From: Octopus sinensis
Lineage: Eukaryota
Direction of reading: 5' to 3'
Assembly (NCBI RefSeq): GCF_006345805.1
Contig: NC_043009.1
Coordinates: 4,960,001 to 5,024,000 of the forward strand
DNA: 64,000 bases
Below, in pieces: positions 1 to 14,202 of this stretch. The notes below the pieces were generated by a model. That model saw nothing but the letters and a program-made list of their open reading frames with translations, did no database searches and was not told the origin of the DNA. The position numbers were made by a program, and so were the translations under genes. Each line of letters begins with the position of its first letter. Position 1 is the stretch's first letter.

Positions 1-592
1 AGCGATGTGAAACATAAAAAGAAAGGGAAAAAGAGTGGTGTGGCATAATTTTAGAAATGAAACATAGAAAAGGGAGATAAGCGAAGGAGATATTAATTGT
101 CTAAGTGATACTTTTTGAGAATTAAAAGATTGAAATACGTACTACATAATGGAGATGTGCAAGAGAAATGGAGGCTGGGAGAAAATATTGAGTAGAAAAT
201 AATGGCGACGACTGAAAGAAAGAAGTATTATATTGCGCGAAGAACATAATAGAAAGAAAGGATAAAAAGCGACTCAAGAATTGTGATATTTCTAAAACCA
301 TTAAACCAAAGAAATATTGAAAAGCACACACACACACAAACACACACACACACACGCGCGCGGGGGCAAACGCACACGCATACACCTACACACACATACT
401 CACACACAAACATACACAAAAGACACACCTGCGCTCACACATGTGCACACACACACACGTGTATATATATCTATAAATATACATATATGCATGAATATAT
501 ATATATATATATATACACATACTCATGAATATATACATATATACGTACGTACACACACACACGCATATATATATATATATATATATACAGTA

Positions 593-1359
593 TATGAGGT
601 CTAATCAACAAGTATCCGGACTGTTGCCATAGTAACAAAGCTAAAGCACGCAGAAGGAAGCCGCTTAGAATCGATTGACCCTGAACACTGCTGTGCACGC
701 GCACTGAGTTTCAGTGTTCTAGCTCACATCCGCTATGTACCACAGTGCTTCGAATTAATGTGTGTAGCGTGTGATCGTCGCATTGACCATGACAAAGTAA
801 GGCTCAGATGCCTACACAAAGTTGCAGAGAGTTTATGAAGAGGAGTGTATGAGCCGCACACAAATGCAGGAGTGGTTCAGATGTTTCCAATATGGTCGAA
901 AAAGTGTCGATATTGACGAATGTTTTGGGAGAGCCACAACCAGCAGAAGTGTAAAAGGAAAAAAAATGTGCTTGCTTCTGTGAGGGGAAATCGTCGAAAC
1001 ACCATCCGTGAATTATTATCAGGGGATAAGATGATTAGTTACGGTTCAGTTTATTTTGACTTAAGATGTGGGTATGAGACGCATGTCTGCCAAGTTTGTG
1101 CCAAAAATGCTTTCAGCTGACCCAAAAAGTCATTTGGGTCTCAGTTGCACAAGATCTACTAGAATGTGTTGAGAACGATTAACATTTTTGGGAACTTGCG
1201 TAAGCCTCTGAGCAGCTATCACCAAGCGTTTGGCAAAATGTTATGCCGATACTCTGCTTAAATTTCTCTGTCAGGGTCAATTTGTGCCAAATGGCTTCAC
1301 TCTGCTTGTTCTAGCTTCGTTACTATGGCAACAGACAGATAGCCATTCATCAGACCACG

Positions 1360-1361
<2 letters not shown>
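593..1361 (+). mobile_element. Mariner-family DNA transposon, internally deleted, both TIRs present
   Basis: About 55-bp imperfect TIRs (tatgaggtctaatcaacaagtatccggactgttgccatagtaac / gttactatggcaacagacagatagccattcatcagaccacgta). Manual translation gives DAYTKLQRVYEEECMSRTQMQEWFRCFQYGRKSVDIDECFGRATTSR and DVGMRRMSAKFVPKML (mariner HTH and linker). The DDD catalytic domain is missing. Confidence 0.9.
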
Positions 1362-1425
<64 letters not shown>

Positions 1426-1479
1426 CATGTATATGTAATATATATATATATATATGTATATATATATGTATATAAATAT

Positions 1480-1515
<36 letters not shown>

Positions 1516-3229
1516 GATATATATATATATAGATATATATATATATATATATATGTATGTATATGTATATATATATGTATATATATGTACAATTACCACA
1601 CAAAGACATGTATTACGTTATAAGTTTGGGAAAAAATGAGTTTCGTTGGGGATGCAAATCCTCATAGTCGTATACAGCAGAGCGAGACACCAAAACAAAA
1701 ACAAAACGTCCATACCGTTTCTCACTCGATGTAGAATGAGGAGGTTGGATGTTGAGATAAAGGGGGAAGGAGTTGGAGGGGATGAATCTCATAATGCTCA
1801 GTAGATACTGATCCTCGTAAAAGGTCTTTTTACACGTTAGTTAATGTCAGATCATCGATTCCTTTGATATACAAAAAAGGAAATGAAGAATTCGTCTGTT
1901 ATTGAATGTCACCATCGCCTACTTGTATTAAGTTAATGCAGGTCGGTGACAGATAAAAATCTAGTAAATGTGCATAATGTCCCATGAAAAATGCTGACAC
2001 ACTAACTGAATAACAAATAGAGAAGCTAAATGAATGCTAACATTTTTTTAACGCAAAGACCTTTAAAAAGCTAAGAAGATGTATACAATAAGAAAAATGT
2101 TGACATGATATAATAACGCTTCCTCAGTTACAAATATGATCTGAATCTAATCGTTGGATTTTTATTATTTCGGCGAGTAAACTGGTAAGTGAAATGCTGA
2201 GTTTACAATACCAGAGGAAGATCTAATGAGAAATCACACTGTGAAATGGTGTCGAAAAATAGCGTAATTAATTTAAGGGGTGATGTATTCAATTCCAGTA
2301 AACAACAAAGTGTGTATTTATTGAAATTGTTTTGATATGTTTGAAGAGGGATCAAAAACCTAGAGGGAAACTAGATGAGCCTGCAGATAAAATTCGGATT
2401 TTCAAAAGAAGAAATATAAATACGTATTTTGACGTCGAAAGTTAATTTACTTAAATAAATATAAAAAGATCTAAGGGGAATAACTTAGGAGAATACTGTC
2501 TAAATTTGGAAAATTTAAGTTAAAAAGGAAAATATACTGTACGCAATAAAACAATAAGATTTTTATATATTAGAAATTTCCTCTGCGTTGTAAACCGAAA
2601 AGAAACAAAAGAAATAAATTGTACAAGTTTCCTTGTTGGCGACTTTCGGGGAGAAGAGCAAATTTCAAAAAATTAAGAATAAATATCGCAAGTTAATTTA
2701 CTTGCTTAAAGAAAGAGCAGTCTGGTGTTTGTTTGCAGACGAGTGCCAACTGTGTACATATTTATCGGTCTATTTGATCTAGCCAGCAATATGCAGTGCA
2801 TTGCAGCCTGCAGATCAGTAAACGGAATTTTACATACAGAAAATGGTTAACCTATTTTCTGTATATATTTTAGGTTAAGAAAATAGGATTGTTTAGAGAA
2901 CAAATAAACCAGAGACATGAAATTATAAGCTAGCATTTCAACCATCCGTAGAGTTAGAATAAACATAATGTGGCATGGTAGCATCTATATGAACGTATAC
3001 ATGTATGTATTTATCCATGTATATATATGCATGCATGCATGTATGTGAATATGTGTCCATGTATACATTTGTATACATGGACACAGATCTACATACATGT
3101 AGAAATGTTCATATACACATATATATGTAAATATAAACATGTATATATTTATATATATGTATAATTTATATACGTATATGTATATATAAACACACACACA
3201 TATATATATATATCCAAATATATAGTTTT

Positions 3230-3470
3230 TTTTTGTTATTATTTTGCAATTTACTTAATCATCGGTATACTATTGTTATTTTATTTTTAATATTTTTTAT
3301 CATATGTAATTTTCAAGTGGTGTAATTTAATTGTTCATTTTGAATTGATAAAAGGTATTTCTTTTCTAATTTTTATATATATATTATATTTTGTTAAATT
3401 TGATTTAGTATTTCTAAATTGAATATCTCCTTGTAAGTTAGGAATAATATTCACTCAAATAATTATTATA
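3230..3470. repeat. Fragment of AT-rich repeat family P2
   Basis: Shares tgaatttgattt...aaattgaat...ctgtaagtt with 48390-48560. This is the reverse complement of the ends at 21155 and 54605. Abuts (TA)n. Confidence 0.5.
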
Positions 3471-3961
3471 TATATATATATATATATAATGTATGTGTAT
3501 ATACACACACACCTATAGTGGGTGTAAAATTACGCTCTTGTGGTCAGCATTCTGTTTTTTTCCCGACCACTTCTAAGTCCTCTCTAGCTATCCCGTTTCT
3601 AGACCAAATTAAGCCTACTTATATTTATTAAAAGGAACCACTTCTTCAATGTATGCTCATGAATTTACAACTTCTTCTTCAAAGTTTTATTCTCGATTTT
3701 AAGAAATAATATCCTGTCTTTCTTAAAAAGTACATTTTTTTTACATCACTATCATTGACCTGTCCAGTAGCTGCCACCATCCGCTCCTCAAATGCATACT
3801 AGTAATCTGGTTTGCTAAATGTAACCTGTTTCTTAATACCCGGTTATATATTTCTTGTTCAGTGACTGATTCATTAAATCTGTGTCCATCTGCAGAGTAC
3901 GTCTTCATATTTTGTTTTACTATAATTTTTAATTTAAAAAAAAACTTCACATATATGTGAA

Positions 3962-4170
3962 GGCGCAATGGCCCAGTGGTTAGGGCAGCGGTCGGAGGAT
4001 CGCGGTTTTGATTCCCAGACCGGGCGTTGTGTGTGTTTATTGAGCGAAAACACCTAAAAGCTCCACGAGGCTCCGGCAGGGGATGGTGGTGATCCCTGCT
4101 GTACTCTTTCACCACTCTAAAGGCGGTGCTCCAGCATGGCCGCAGTCAAATGACTGAAACAAGTACAAAA
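3962..4170 (+). mobile_element. tRNA-derived SINE, chimeric (family C head plus family A/CR1-type tail)
   Basis: A-box tggcccagtggttag, B-box gttttgattcc. Body matches 23201-23370. From 4118 it switches to taaaggcggtgctccagcatggccgcagtcaaatgactgaaacaagt, identical to the SINE A tail at 13617. Confidence 0.85.
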
Positions 4171-4982
4171 AAAAATATGTCTTATTATTTTAACGATGCA
4201 TTTGATAGAATTTCTCGTGGGATTATATTTTTATCTGCAACACTTTTGCTGTTTTCTGTGATTTAATATGTTACTACAGTTCGATGTACCGTGTGTAGAT
4301 CGAGTTGTTGGTCTCTTCCAGCCATTTCTGCTAATGTTTTGCCTATATCTAGACACCGGAATTTAGCGACAGTTGTATTAGAAAGCAAAGTCACACGGCC
4401 AATGCTCTAAATAACACTAAATGTAGGAAGTCACATCTGACTGCCCAATGTAACTGATACAGCGACGTATTCCACCTGTGCCCCTTAAGTGTAAATTATA
4501 TAACAATATATTCTACTGACTAACAATGCTGCAAGAGAAGCAGAGGAAAATCTACATCAGAGCAACAAACAATCATTGAAAGCCAATTTTTACGCAACAC
4601 ATAGAATTGTTTCGCTGTTTTTGAGAAATAACGACTCTACGTCTCTACGGGAGAATACATGGGATCTAAAAGAAAATTTGTTAATATAAATAAAAATGAA
4701 GTATCATAAATTTTAATGTTTTCAGTGTGATAGATGGACATTAAAACTATTAGGTACATTTCTGCTCCGTATACAGCGAAGTAAACGACCTGTCAGTGGT
4801 TCAACGAAGACATATTGAAAGTTATATAGCAACTAATTACCTTTGATGCATCTGTCAGGGGAACGAAGAGAAAAAAGAGAAGGAAAGATAGACATCTTGT
4901 CAATGATAATTGCCCCCCACACTCATACACACATGTGTGTGCTTATGTTTTTTCTGAGTGTGCGTATACTATGAAGAGAGAA

Positions 4983-5054
<72 letters not shown>

Positions 5055-7776
5055 AAGTGAGAGAAAAGCAGAAGAAATTTAAAGAAAAAGAGTATTTGGT
5101 ACATAGAGAAATTTGTGTTCAAAGGATTTTACAGCTTGTTTGAAAAAAAAAAGGATCTTTTCAATGATAAAAAAATGTTAAAGCCATTTCGTGTTGCTAA
5201 ACTATTCCCATTATGAAACCAGTAACGGATACATATAAGCACACTAACTTAAATATGCACGTATAGCGTCGCACATACTGAGAGTTGAGCATAATCGTAC
5301 ACAGCGTCAGACGCTAGCGCACAACACATGAATGGAAAGTTACGCATTCCGCTTAAGACAAAGATTTGTCCACTATTGGAAATGAAAGAGAGAGAGAAAA
5401 ATCAATTGATCATACCTCTGGGATTTCAGCTTCAAAAAATATTTTTTTAAAATATATCACCAAATAATCTTTAAAGTATTTATCACAGCTGAGACATTAG
5501 ATGAAAGTAGAATCGCCTCAAAGAACTAATATTGAATAAAATGATAGAAATATATAAAAAGTGGGAAGGCCGAAAAATAAAATAAAAAACGAAATTTTTC
5601 TCAAAATTGGTCGATATAATCTGAAAGATGGTGAGAAACAAAATTTTTCAAAAGTTATTTAAACGAAACTTACAAAGGAGTAACTGAAAAATTTCTAAGG
5701 GTAAAAAGTTAAACATGGGATTGCGTTTTCGAAAATTACGCGGCTGTAATAAGATATATTTTAAATTCAGTAGCATACGTATACGAAAAAAGAGCAATGG
5801 GAAACAAGGTTTATATATAAACACGCACAAATATGTCTCCACACATTCAGTACCGCACACATACGCTTGCATGAAAGTTTATGATGTTCGATCGGCAATC
5901 AATTAGTTTCCTTTTCGATTCCACTAATCAGCATATTTTCCAAGATATTTCTTTTAAACTACAGCTTTGTGTTGATCTAGTCTTACGAGTGAAATTTGGA
6001 CAAAGAATGTAGTTCAGGCTGAAAATATGACAGGTTACTGATTCATTCGTCGTAAATATGGAATTGTTTAACGATATATAAAGGCTATGTCGTTGTATTG
6101 TATATAGTAGACTTACTAATACCATAATACGCTACATCAAATATATAACCTCTCATGGCGTCACCGTGTATACAGTAGTTAGTTTCAATAAGACAATACA
6201 CTTAAAGATGTAAGACTTTCTGCTGCAAAATAATCATAATTACTTGTCAAAGTATTGTAAACAGTCTTATTATCCCATCAGTCTAGACGTCTAAAGATAA
6301 ACAAAATATAAGGAAACCGAAGGACAAACTTATTTATATTAATGAAATAGTGTTACACATTCAGCGTCTTTAAAAATGAATTATTACTATCAGGAGACTT
6401 AATCCCAACACATCTTTAAACCTATTCCCAACACATCTTCGATAATTCGTCATTCAATTATAATACTGAGTTAGCTAAAAGTAGTTTCTAATATTATATA
6501 TCTTACATACTAAAAATCTTATGAAAGATGCAAGGTACTTAGAAAAGACTCCGTAACATTATATGATTTAATCTAGTAGTTTAAACACTGGTGTGAAAAA
6601 AGTTTGCCTGACTCAAATGTATGATTTTATTTCAATTTGAAATACTTCAAAAAGGATTGCACAAATTTTTTTTTCTTTTAATACATAATCGTATTATGAA
6701 AGTGTCAATAGGTCATATGTCAATGATATGAAATTAGACGAAAAACATATCGAGTGAAACAAAGTAATTAACAACCGCGAAATCAAGCATGTTATACCGA
6801 GATGATCGTATATAAAGCCACTAGTGAACAGCTAAGATTAATCGAAAACCAAAACCTAATTGCTGCGTAGAATGACGATGCCTTAATAATATATAGTCAT
6901 CCAGATTTGTTGAAAAGAAGGACACAAAACATTATCGAATCTTTCTTTGACACTTAAATAAGCAAAACTTTGATCTTCACAATATCAGAAAAGCTTAGAA
7001 CAAAGCAGACCCCATGTAAATGGTGCAAAAATGTTCAGATTAGTCTTAGAGCTAAGAACGCTGATAGCGAAAGATCCAAGAGTTCTTCCTTAAAGCTATC
7101 GATAAGCGGTGTAAAATATCGGATTAAGGAGGACAAGAAACAAACAAATAGTTACACTATTTTCCTTGTTAACGGCAAAAATATTTTGATCTCCTGGAAA
7201 TGTGCATTACTGTAATATTAAGCTTCGGACACACATTTCAATTGTTTATGTTGTGTTTAACATACCACACTGGGTTTCGCGTGAAGAAACTGGCTTTTGG
7301 AAGGAGAGGCCCTATCTTACAACGCATTGGAGGGACATCTACGTAACGCTGCATTCTAGCAGTTCTTTCTGGAAGAGTATCTCAATTTCTTATGAGAATT
7401 GCTAGAATGCAACAGCTAACTACTTAGATATTATTGTGAAAATAAATGAAATGACGAGGAGAATGAGCGAGATACTTGTTTCAAATGTTACATGAGGAGG
7501 CGAAAAATGCACCTTCGATGGGAGACAATTGATTGAGCAACATCTCACCTATGAGCTAAGGACGAGGAAAGAGTCAAAAGAATTTTTGAGAATTTGAATT
7601 AAGAATCTCGCAACTTCAATTTTTTTCACTGATCTATTTATAAAAACTCTACAGACACCAACGAATTCCTGAAATAACTCCACTAGTATATGCATCTCTA
7701 CTATTGATGAGATCAGATAGCCAAAAGCTGTGGACGAGCTATACACAGCATCTTATCAGTATGCACTATATATATA

Positions 7777-8215
7777 TATATATATACCAATTAAGGACTG
7801 AACACGAAAAATTGGACAGTCAACATGCTAGATATAGATGTCAAATCGCCATTCTCCACAAAAGATTATGTTCTCAGATAATCCATGTACTGAATCAGTT
7901 TCGACTATTATTATCCGTAAGGATACCTGTAGTCTTCGTCAGTCGAAACTGATTCAGTACATGGATAAGTATTGTTTTTCGTATATTTTCACTTGTTTAT
8001 TGCTTGGGTTGGTGTTGAGTTTGATCTGAGAGCATAATCTTTTGTGGAGAATGGCGATTTGACGTCTATATCTAGCATGTTGACTGTCCAATTTTTCGTG
8101 TTCAGTCCTTAATTGGTATATATAAATATTTAATCTTCGGATTCTTTTTTAATATGCTAGACCACTGGTTTTAATTGATAAATATTGATTTCTACCCTTA
8201 ATTAATTTATATATA
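7777..8215. mobile_element. Penelope-like head-to-head inverted duplication (family P1)
   Basis: Outer arms about 100 bp (7777-7879 / 8024-8124), inner arms 26 bp (7881-7906 / 7941-7966). Homologous to 20100-20470, flanked by (TA)n, and carries an HHR core. The Penelope assignment is inferred from this architecture. Confidence 0.7.
7882..7942 (-). ncRNA. Hammerhead ribozyme core
   Basis: Minus strand reads CUGACGA-A-GACUA...UAGUC-GAAA-CUG-AUU-CAG-U-A-CAUGGA. The adjacent 5' strand of stem I has been replaced by the fold-back. Confidence 0.55.
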
Positions 8216-8472
8216 TATATATATATTGTGTGTATATATATATATATATATATAATATATATATATATTTGTGTATATATTATATATATATATTATATAT
8301 TATATATATATATTATAATATATTTTGTGTATATATATATAATATATTTATATATATATATATTATATATATATGTGTATATATATAATATATATATTAT
8401 ATATATATATTATATATATATATATATATTATATATATATATGTGTATATATATAATATATATATATATATT

Positions 8473-8517
<45 letters not shown>

Positions 8518-8536
8518 GTATATATATATATATATT

Positions 8537-8589
<53 letters not shown>

Positions 8590-9558
8590 TTTGTGAGTGT
8601 GCGCACGTGTGAGGCAAGATTCCGTAGCTTATTTCCTTCTCCTCCTTTTGTTGTCTTGCTCGTCATTTGTCGTCCTCTCCTCTATACTAATGACAACTGA
8701 CAATTACATTTCCCTGATTTGAATGGCGAAAACTCTGAAACTTCCACAAGATTTTCAAGTTTAACATTGTAGCTGGTACAGCAACAGATGTCATCTAATG
8801 TCCATGCACTACATGTATCCACCAACATCGTATTCGACAGCACTGTATTGCCTGAAGTAAACCAAAAGATTACAATTCATTTTGCGTTCAAATTTTGACT
8901 GCATAAATTTTTCTTTTTATTCTTCCCGTTTAATAAACCGAATGTTAAATTACGAGCCAGAAATATCACACAACTCACCCTTTTACAATTTTGCATGAAA
9001 ATTATCAGTCCAATCTTACATTTAATTTATTTCTTCTTTCATGAAACAAAACAAGAAGAGCATAACTGGATTTTAAGCATAACATAAGTGACTAGCTCAC
9101 AGTTTTCAAAATACACTAAGGATTTAAATACGGAAACATGTCATAGATATTTTTTTCTCTGTTAGTATTATATGTTGGGTGATAAATCTAAAATGTTATA
9201 CGCAGACTACAATTTGGAGAGAAGTGTATGTTATAAAAATAAAACATGGAACGTAGAATATATCCATCTTTGTCAAACTGATGTTTACAGAAATAGAATA
9301 CTTAGTCATTTCATGGGAAAACATCGTCTTAAATTTATCCCACGTTCCCGCTCTTGCTCTTTTTACCTTTCTCTAGTTATCTATTCATCAATTTTCACAT
9401 TCATCTGTATATCTATCCATCTATCTAGCCATCTATCTGTCCTAAAACACATATATACATGCACACACTCTCTCACACACACACACTTATATACATTTAG
9501 ACATACATATGTATGTATGTATGAATGTATGTATATATGTATGTATACACACACATGC

Positions 9559-9647
<89 letters not shown>

Positions 9648-9679
9648 ATGTATATATATGTATATGTATTATATATATG

Positions 9680-9725
<46 letters not shown>

Positions 9726-10496
9726 ATGTAATATATATATATGTATATGTATTATATATATGTATATATATGTATATATATATATGTATATGTATTATAT
9801 ATGTATATATATAATATATATATATATGTATATATATATATATGCATATATATATATATGCATATATAGGTTGAGAGAGCAAAGCCGATGGTTTGTTCGT
9901 TATCCAGATTATATATCTTGATGATTTTACCTAAGATTACAGTTGCTGTTTGCGTTTTCCATTTCCCTCTCCCATCTTACATCTTTAATATACACTTAGG
10001 CATACAGATATGTATGTATATACTGTACACAAACACAAGTACACACACACACACATACACTCATGAACACGAACACATACAGACACACGAACATGGATAA
10101 CTCTTGGTGCCTCTGTTGTTTGGTTGCAAGTGTATCCTTTAGCGCAATGTGTATGTGTGTGCTTATGTGTGTGTGGTTGTGAAAGTCGATCTTCTTTCCC
10201 CATAATTCACAATTTGTGTTGTGACTAAATATATGGACTTCTATATATTCCATTGTAGCTTTTATTTTATTTTATGTACCACACTCACACACCATTCAGT
10301 TTTGAATATCTTTTTAAAAACCCTACTAAATACCTCCGAGTTCCACCAATTTTGGAACGATTGTAGTGCAGTATTTCTCCGTTCTGGCGACGATGACTCA
10401 CCCTTTATGTCTCTGACTATTGTTGCGACTTCATAACAGCATAGAGCTATCAGTTATATAAGGCGAAGATTTCCCCAGTTTCAATGGAAAAGCATG

Positions 10497-11490
10497 AAGA
10501 AGTACTGTCGTGAAAGTAATTACAACCTTTGAGAAAGAGAGAAAACAAACCTTCCCGTTGAAAACAAAACTCCGGAAAAAAACCCAAAACTTTGAGATGA
10601 GGACCGTCGGACTCGTACGCGAATTATTAGAAAGGACCACAAAAGTACAGCTCTCAAAATTACTGCAGAGCTTAATGACCACATCGAGAACCTATTTTCC
10701 ACAAAAACTCTTCACCGGGAGCTGCCAAAAATAAGATATCACGGGAGAGATACAATCAGAAAACCACAAAAACAAATGTTGCAAAGCATTTAGATTGGAG
10801 TAAAAACCTGTTGAGTTGATCCCTAGAGCAATGGAAGAATGCTATTTTCTCGGACGTGTCATCCTTTACCTTAATTCTGACCACTGGCCGAGTATATGTG
10901 TGGAGACAGCCAAAAGAAGGATTTGACCCAGACTTCCTACTTCCAATTATTAAACATGGAGGAGGATCTGTGATGTTCTGGGTGGCGAGGCTATATCTTA
11001 GCATTCCACCTGCCCAATGTATTTCCTTCATGGCAGAATTAAACCTGAAGACTATTTAAGAATTTTATCTGATCAAATTCAGCTTATGGTTGCGGAACTG
11101 TTTCTTGAGGGAAACGCAATCTTTCAGGAGGATAATGCACCGATTCACACAGCTAAGTTGTTATTGAATTGCACGAGGAACATTCTAGTGAAGTTGAACG
11201 TCTTATCTGGTCCCCCATAGTTCCCAGATCTCAATATTATTGAACATTTATGGTGCATTTTAGAAAAAAACAAGTGAGGAGTCGATATCACCCACCATCA
11301 TCACTATAAGAACTGGAGACTGTTTTAGCTGAAGAATGGACAAAACTCCTGTGGAAACAATCTAAACTTTGAACGAATCCATACCTTGTAGAATTCAAGC
11401 TGTAATTACTGCCAAAGCGATCCTATCCCATATTAAAATAATTTTTTTTGAAATTTTATGGTGTTTCCATTATTTTGTCCAACTCCTGTA
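10497..11490 (+). mobile_element. Tc1-family transposon, 5'-truncated and degenerate
   Basis: Transposase motifs across frameshifts: WKNAIFSD, KHGGGSVMFW, IFQEDNAPIHTAK, PDLNIIEHLW, SIPCRIQAVITAK. Right TIR ...tattttgtccaactcctgta. No left TIR found. Confidence 0.9.
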
Positions 11491-12339
11491 TATGAGTTTA
11501 TGCGTGAGCGTGTGTGTGCACTTAATTCGGTGCGAGTGTCTGTGTAAGGGAGTCAGCAGATATCTTAGGTACATTTCCTACCTCAACTATATCAACCTAT
11601 CCTAAGATACTTCTCAAATGTATGCACTACATACAGACAAATACACAATCTTATATTCTGACATTTAGTTCGTTTCCCTCACGAGAATGTACATATATTG
11701 TTATTTATCAAAAATATGAAACTGGAAAAAGAGACACACGAAGCTGGCGTAGCATCATTTATTCATCTAATATAACGTGTTCTAAAATAACTGAGCGACC
11801 ACATGTAAACTTAATGGTGAGTGAAACTACAGTTAATGAATCATATCAACCATGCGATAAAATTATCAAATACGATAAATTTATCAAACACGAACACATA
11901 TAACACAAAGGGAACTCCATTGAGATTTCTACAATGTAAGGGGAGATCACCAGCAACCTGCTGCTGTGTTCTCCAAGGGCTATTACGCTCCTGCCAAAGC
12001 ATTAATATTAGAATTCCTAATGATTACTAGTATCAAACAATTAGTTATATAATGACTTCCACATGTTTAATTAGATAATAAGACAATTTGAACTTTGAAG
12101 CACATTAACGTTTAAATTCTTTAGCACATGTGTATTTCTATGTAAGCATGCTATTTAAGCTTTTAGGAATGTATGTGTCTGCCTGAGGGCATGTATATGT
12201 GTATGTGCGTATCCATTAACGTATTTGGATTAATTAAAATAAATGAAGGTTCTGGTAATCATCGACAGTCTCTACTCCATCTCACACTCTCTGTATGTAT
12301 AAAACTTCTAGTTACAATCCGTTTTGCGTATCAATCATT

Positions 12340-12406
<67 letters not shown>

Positions 12407-12410
12407 TGGA

Positions 12411-12603
12411 ATTTTGTCAGTGAACAGGTCGCGGCCTGAAAGCGACGAAAATATTTTGGCAAATTGAATTTAAATGTTGAAGTGAATCTAACGGTTTTGT
12501 GTGTTTCTTAAATGGCTTCAAAACACCTCCCACGCTGCAATTGTTTTCGTTCCAGCACACGATCTCAGATCAGGTCACTTGCTATGCAAGTATATCTCCG
12601 TAA
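12411..12603 (+). mobile_element. Penelope-like terminal repeat fragment (family P3)
   Basis: Highly similar to 53474-53655. Lies between (TA)n tracts and begins with an HHR-like motif. Confidence 0.7.
12413..12463 (+). ncRNA. Minimal type I hammerhead ribozyme, G3-C8 variant
   Basis: Stem I uuuguca/uggcaaa; core GUGAACA; extra G; stem II GUCGC/GCGAC; GAAA; palindromic stem III AAUAUU; H17=U12456. Confidence 0.55.
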
Positions 12604-12627
12604 TATATATATATATAACTTTTATAC

Positions 12628-12985
12628 TTATTGTTTTCGTTTCTGTTATTTGATTGCCGCCATAATGGGTCGATGCCTTTAATGGTTTTAGCTGAACAAA
12701 TGAACTCCAGAACTTTTTGTATTAAAAGCCTATTGCTTATTTTCTCGGTCTCGTTTGACGAAACGCTAACTTGCAGGGACGCAAGCACAGAAATGCTGGA
12801 ATTATGCGTTGGTGTAGAACTAACACAGACACAAAGGCACACACATACACACATATACACACGCGCGCGCGAGAGGGTGTTCTTTCAGTTTCCGTCTACA
12901 AACAACTCCACTCACAAAGCTTTGGTCGGCCCGAGGTTATTGTAGAAGACTCTTGCCTAAGTTGCCACGCCAAGGGACTGAACCC
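12628..12985 (-). mobile_element. SINE family A, diverged
   Basis: Reverse complement of the 26551-26948 element (gggactgaaccc B-box, ctttcagtttccgtct, tail). Confidence 0.8.
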
Positions 12986-12988
12986 TTC

Positions 12989-13260
12989 TGAGTGGGTTCG
13001 GTAGACAGAAACTAAAAGAAGCCTGATGTATGTGTGTGTGTGTGAGTGCGTGTTTGTGTATGAGTTTCTCCCACACCATTTCCGCATGACAACCGCTGTT
13101 GGTGTGTTTACATCCCCGTAACCTACCTGTTCGTGAAAAGATACCTATACAATAGGTACCAGGCTTAAATACTGGAGTGATAATTCGACTGAAAAATTTT
13201 AAGTGTTACCTCAGCATAACCATAATCGAATATTTGAAACAAGTGAAAGAATAAAAGAAT
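12989..13260 (+). mobile_element. SINE family A, headless 3' part
   Basis: gagtgggttcggtagacagaaactaaaagaagcc, microsatellite, gacaaccgctgttggtgtgtttacatccccgtaac, tail gaaacaagtgaaaga. Confidence 0.75.
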
Positions 13261-13264
13261 ATAT

Positions 13265-13407
13265 AGTAGCTTGCTTACCAACCACATGGTACCGGGTTCA
13301 GTCCCACTGCGTGGCACCTTGGAAGCTGTCTTCTACTACAGCCTCGGACCGACCAAAGCATTTTGAGTAGATTTGGTATATAGAAACTGAAAGAAGCCCG
13401 TCATATA

Positions 13408-13449
<42 letters not shown>

Positions 13450-13675
13450 TGTTTTATGGGTGTGTATGTTTGCGTGTCTGTGTTTGATCGCCAACATCGC
13501 CAACATCGCATGACAACCGATGATGGTGTGTTTACTGCCCCGTAACTTCGCGGTTCGATAAATAGACCGATAGAATAAGTACAAAGAATAAGTCCTGGGA
13601 CCGATTTGCTCGAGTAAAGGCGGTGCTCCAGCATGGCCGCAGTCAAATGACTGAAACAAGTAAAAGATTAAAAGA
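13265..13675 (+). mobile_element. SINE family A
   Basis: B-box gggttcagtccc, internal (TA)n, tail ggcggtgctccagcatggccgcagtcaaatgactgaaacaagtaaaaga. Confidence 0.9.
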
Positions 13676-13688
13676 TATATATACGTAC

Positions 13689-13721
<33 letters not shown>

Positions 13722-13907
13722 AATATATATATATATGCATATACGCAAACACACAGATATATATGTATGTACATACATATCGAATGATAGGGGCTTTTTA
13801 AAAAAGATATGAAATATGTCATCAGAATGTCACTGACCTTTTTGGAAGGAGTTCTTTTCCTAGTGTGTGTGAATGCTTTCGATCAATCTTTTCGAACACA
13901 CGTTGTC

Positions 13908-13963
<56 letters not shown>

Positions 13964-14163
13964 TGTGTGTGCGTGTGTGTGTGTGTGTGTGTCAAAGTAT
14001 GTATATAAAGAGATAAAATGATAACTAATTAGATAGGTAGATGTTCTAAATCTCTCTTTCACGCACAGAGACGTATATAATAGTATATCCACAGATATCC
14101 ATAGATATTACAGTCGCACGCATACGGGCAAATACCTACGCGCAGACACTTGCACACACGCAG

Positions 14164-14202
<39 letters not shown>

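Noticed and set aside
2128-2184. 57-nt plus-strand exon candidate (also candidates at 25488-25543 and 37184-37256)
   Set aside because: Splice-like signals at about the frequency expected by chance; phases are inconsistent and no protein is recognisable.
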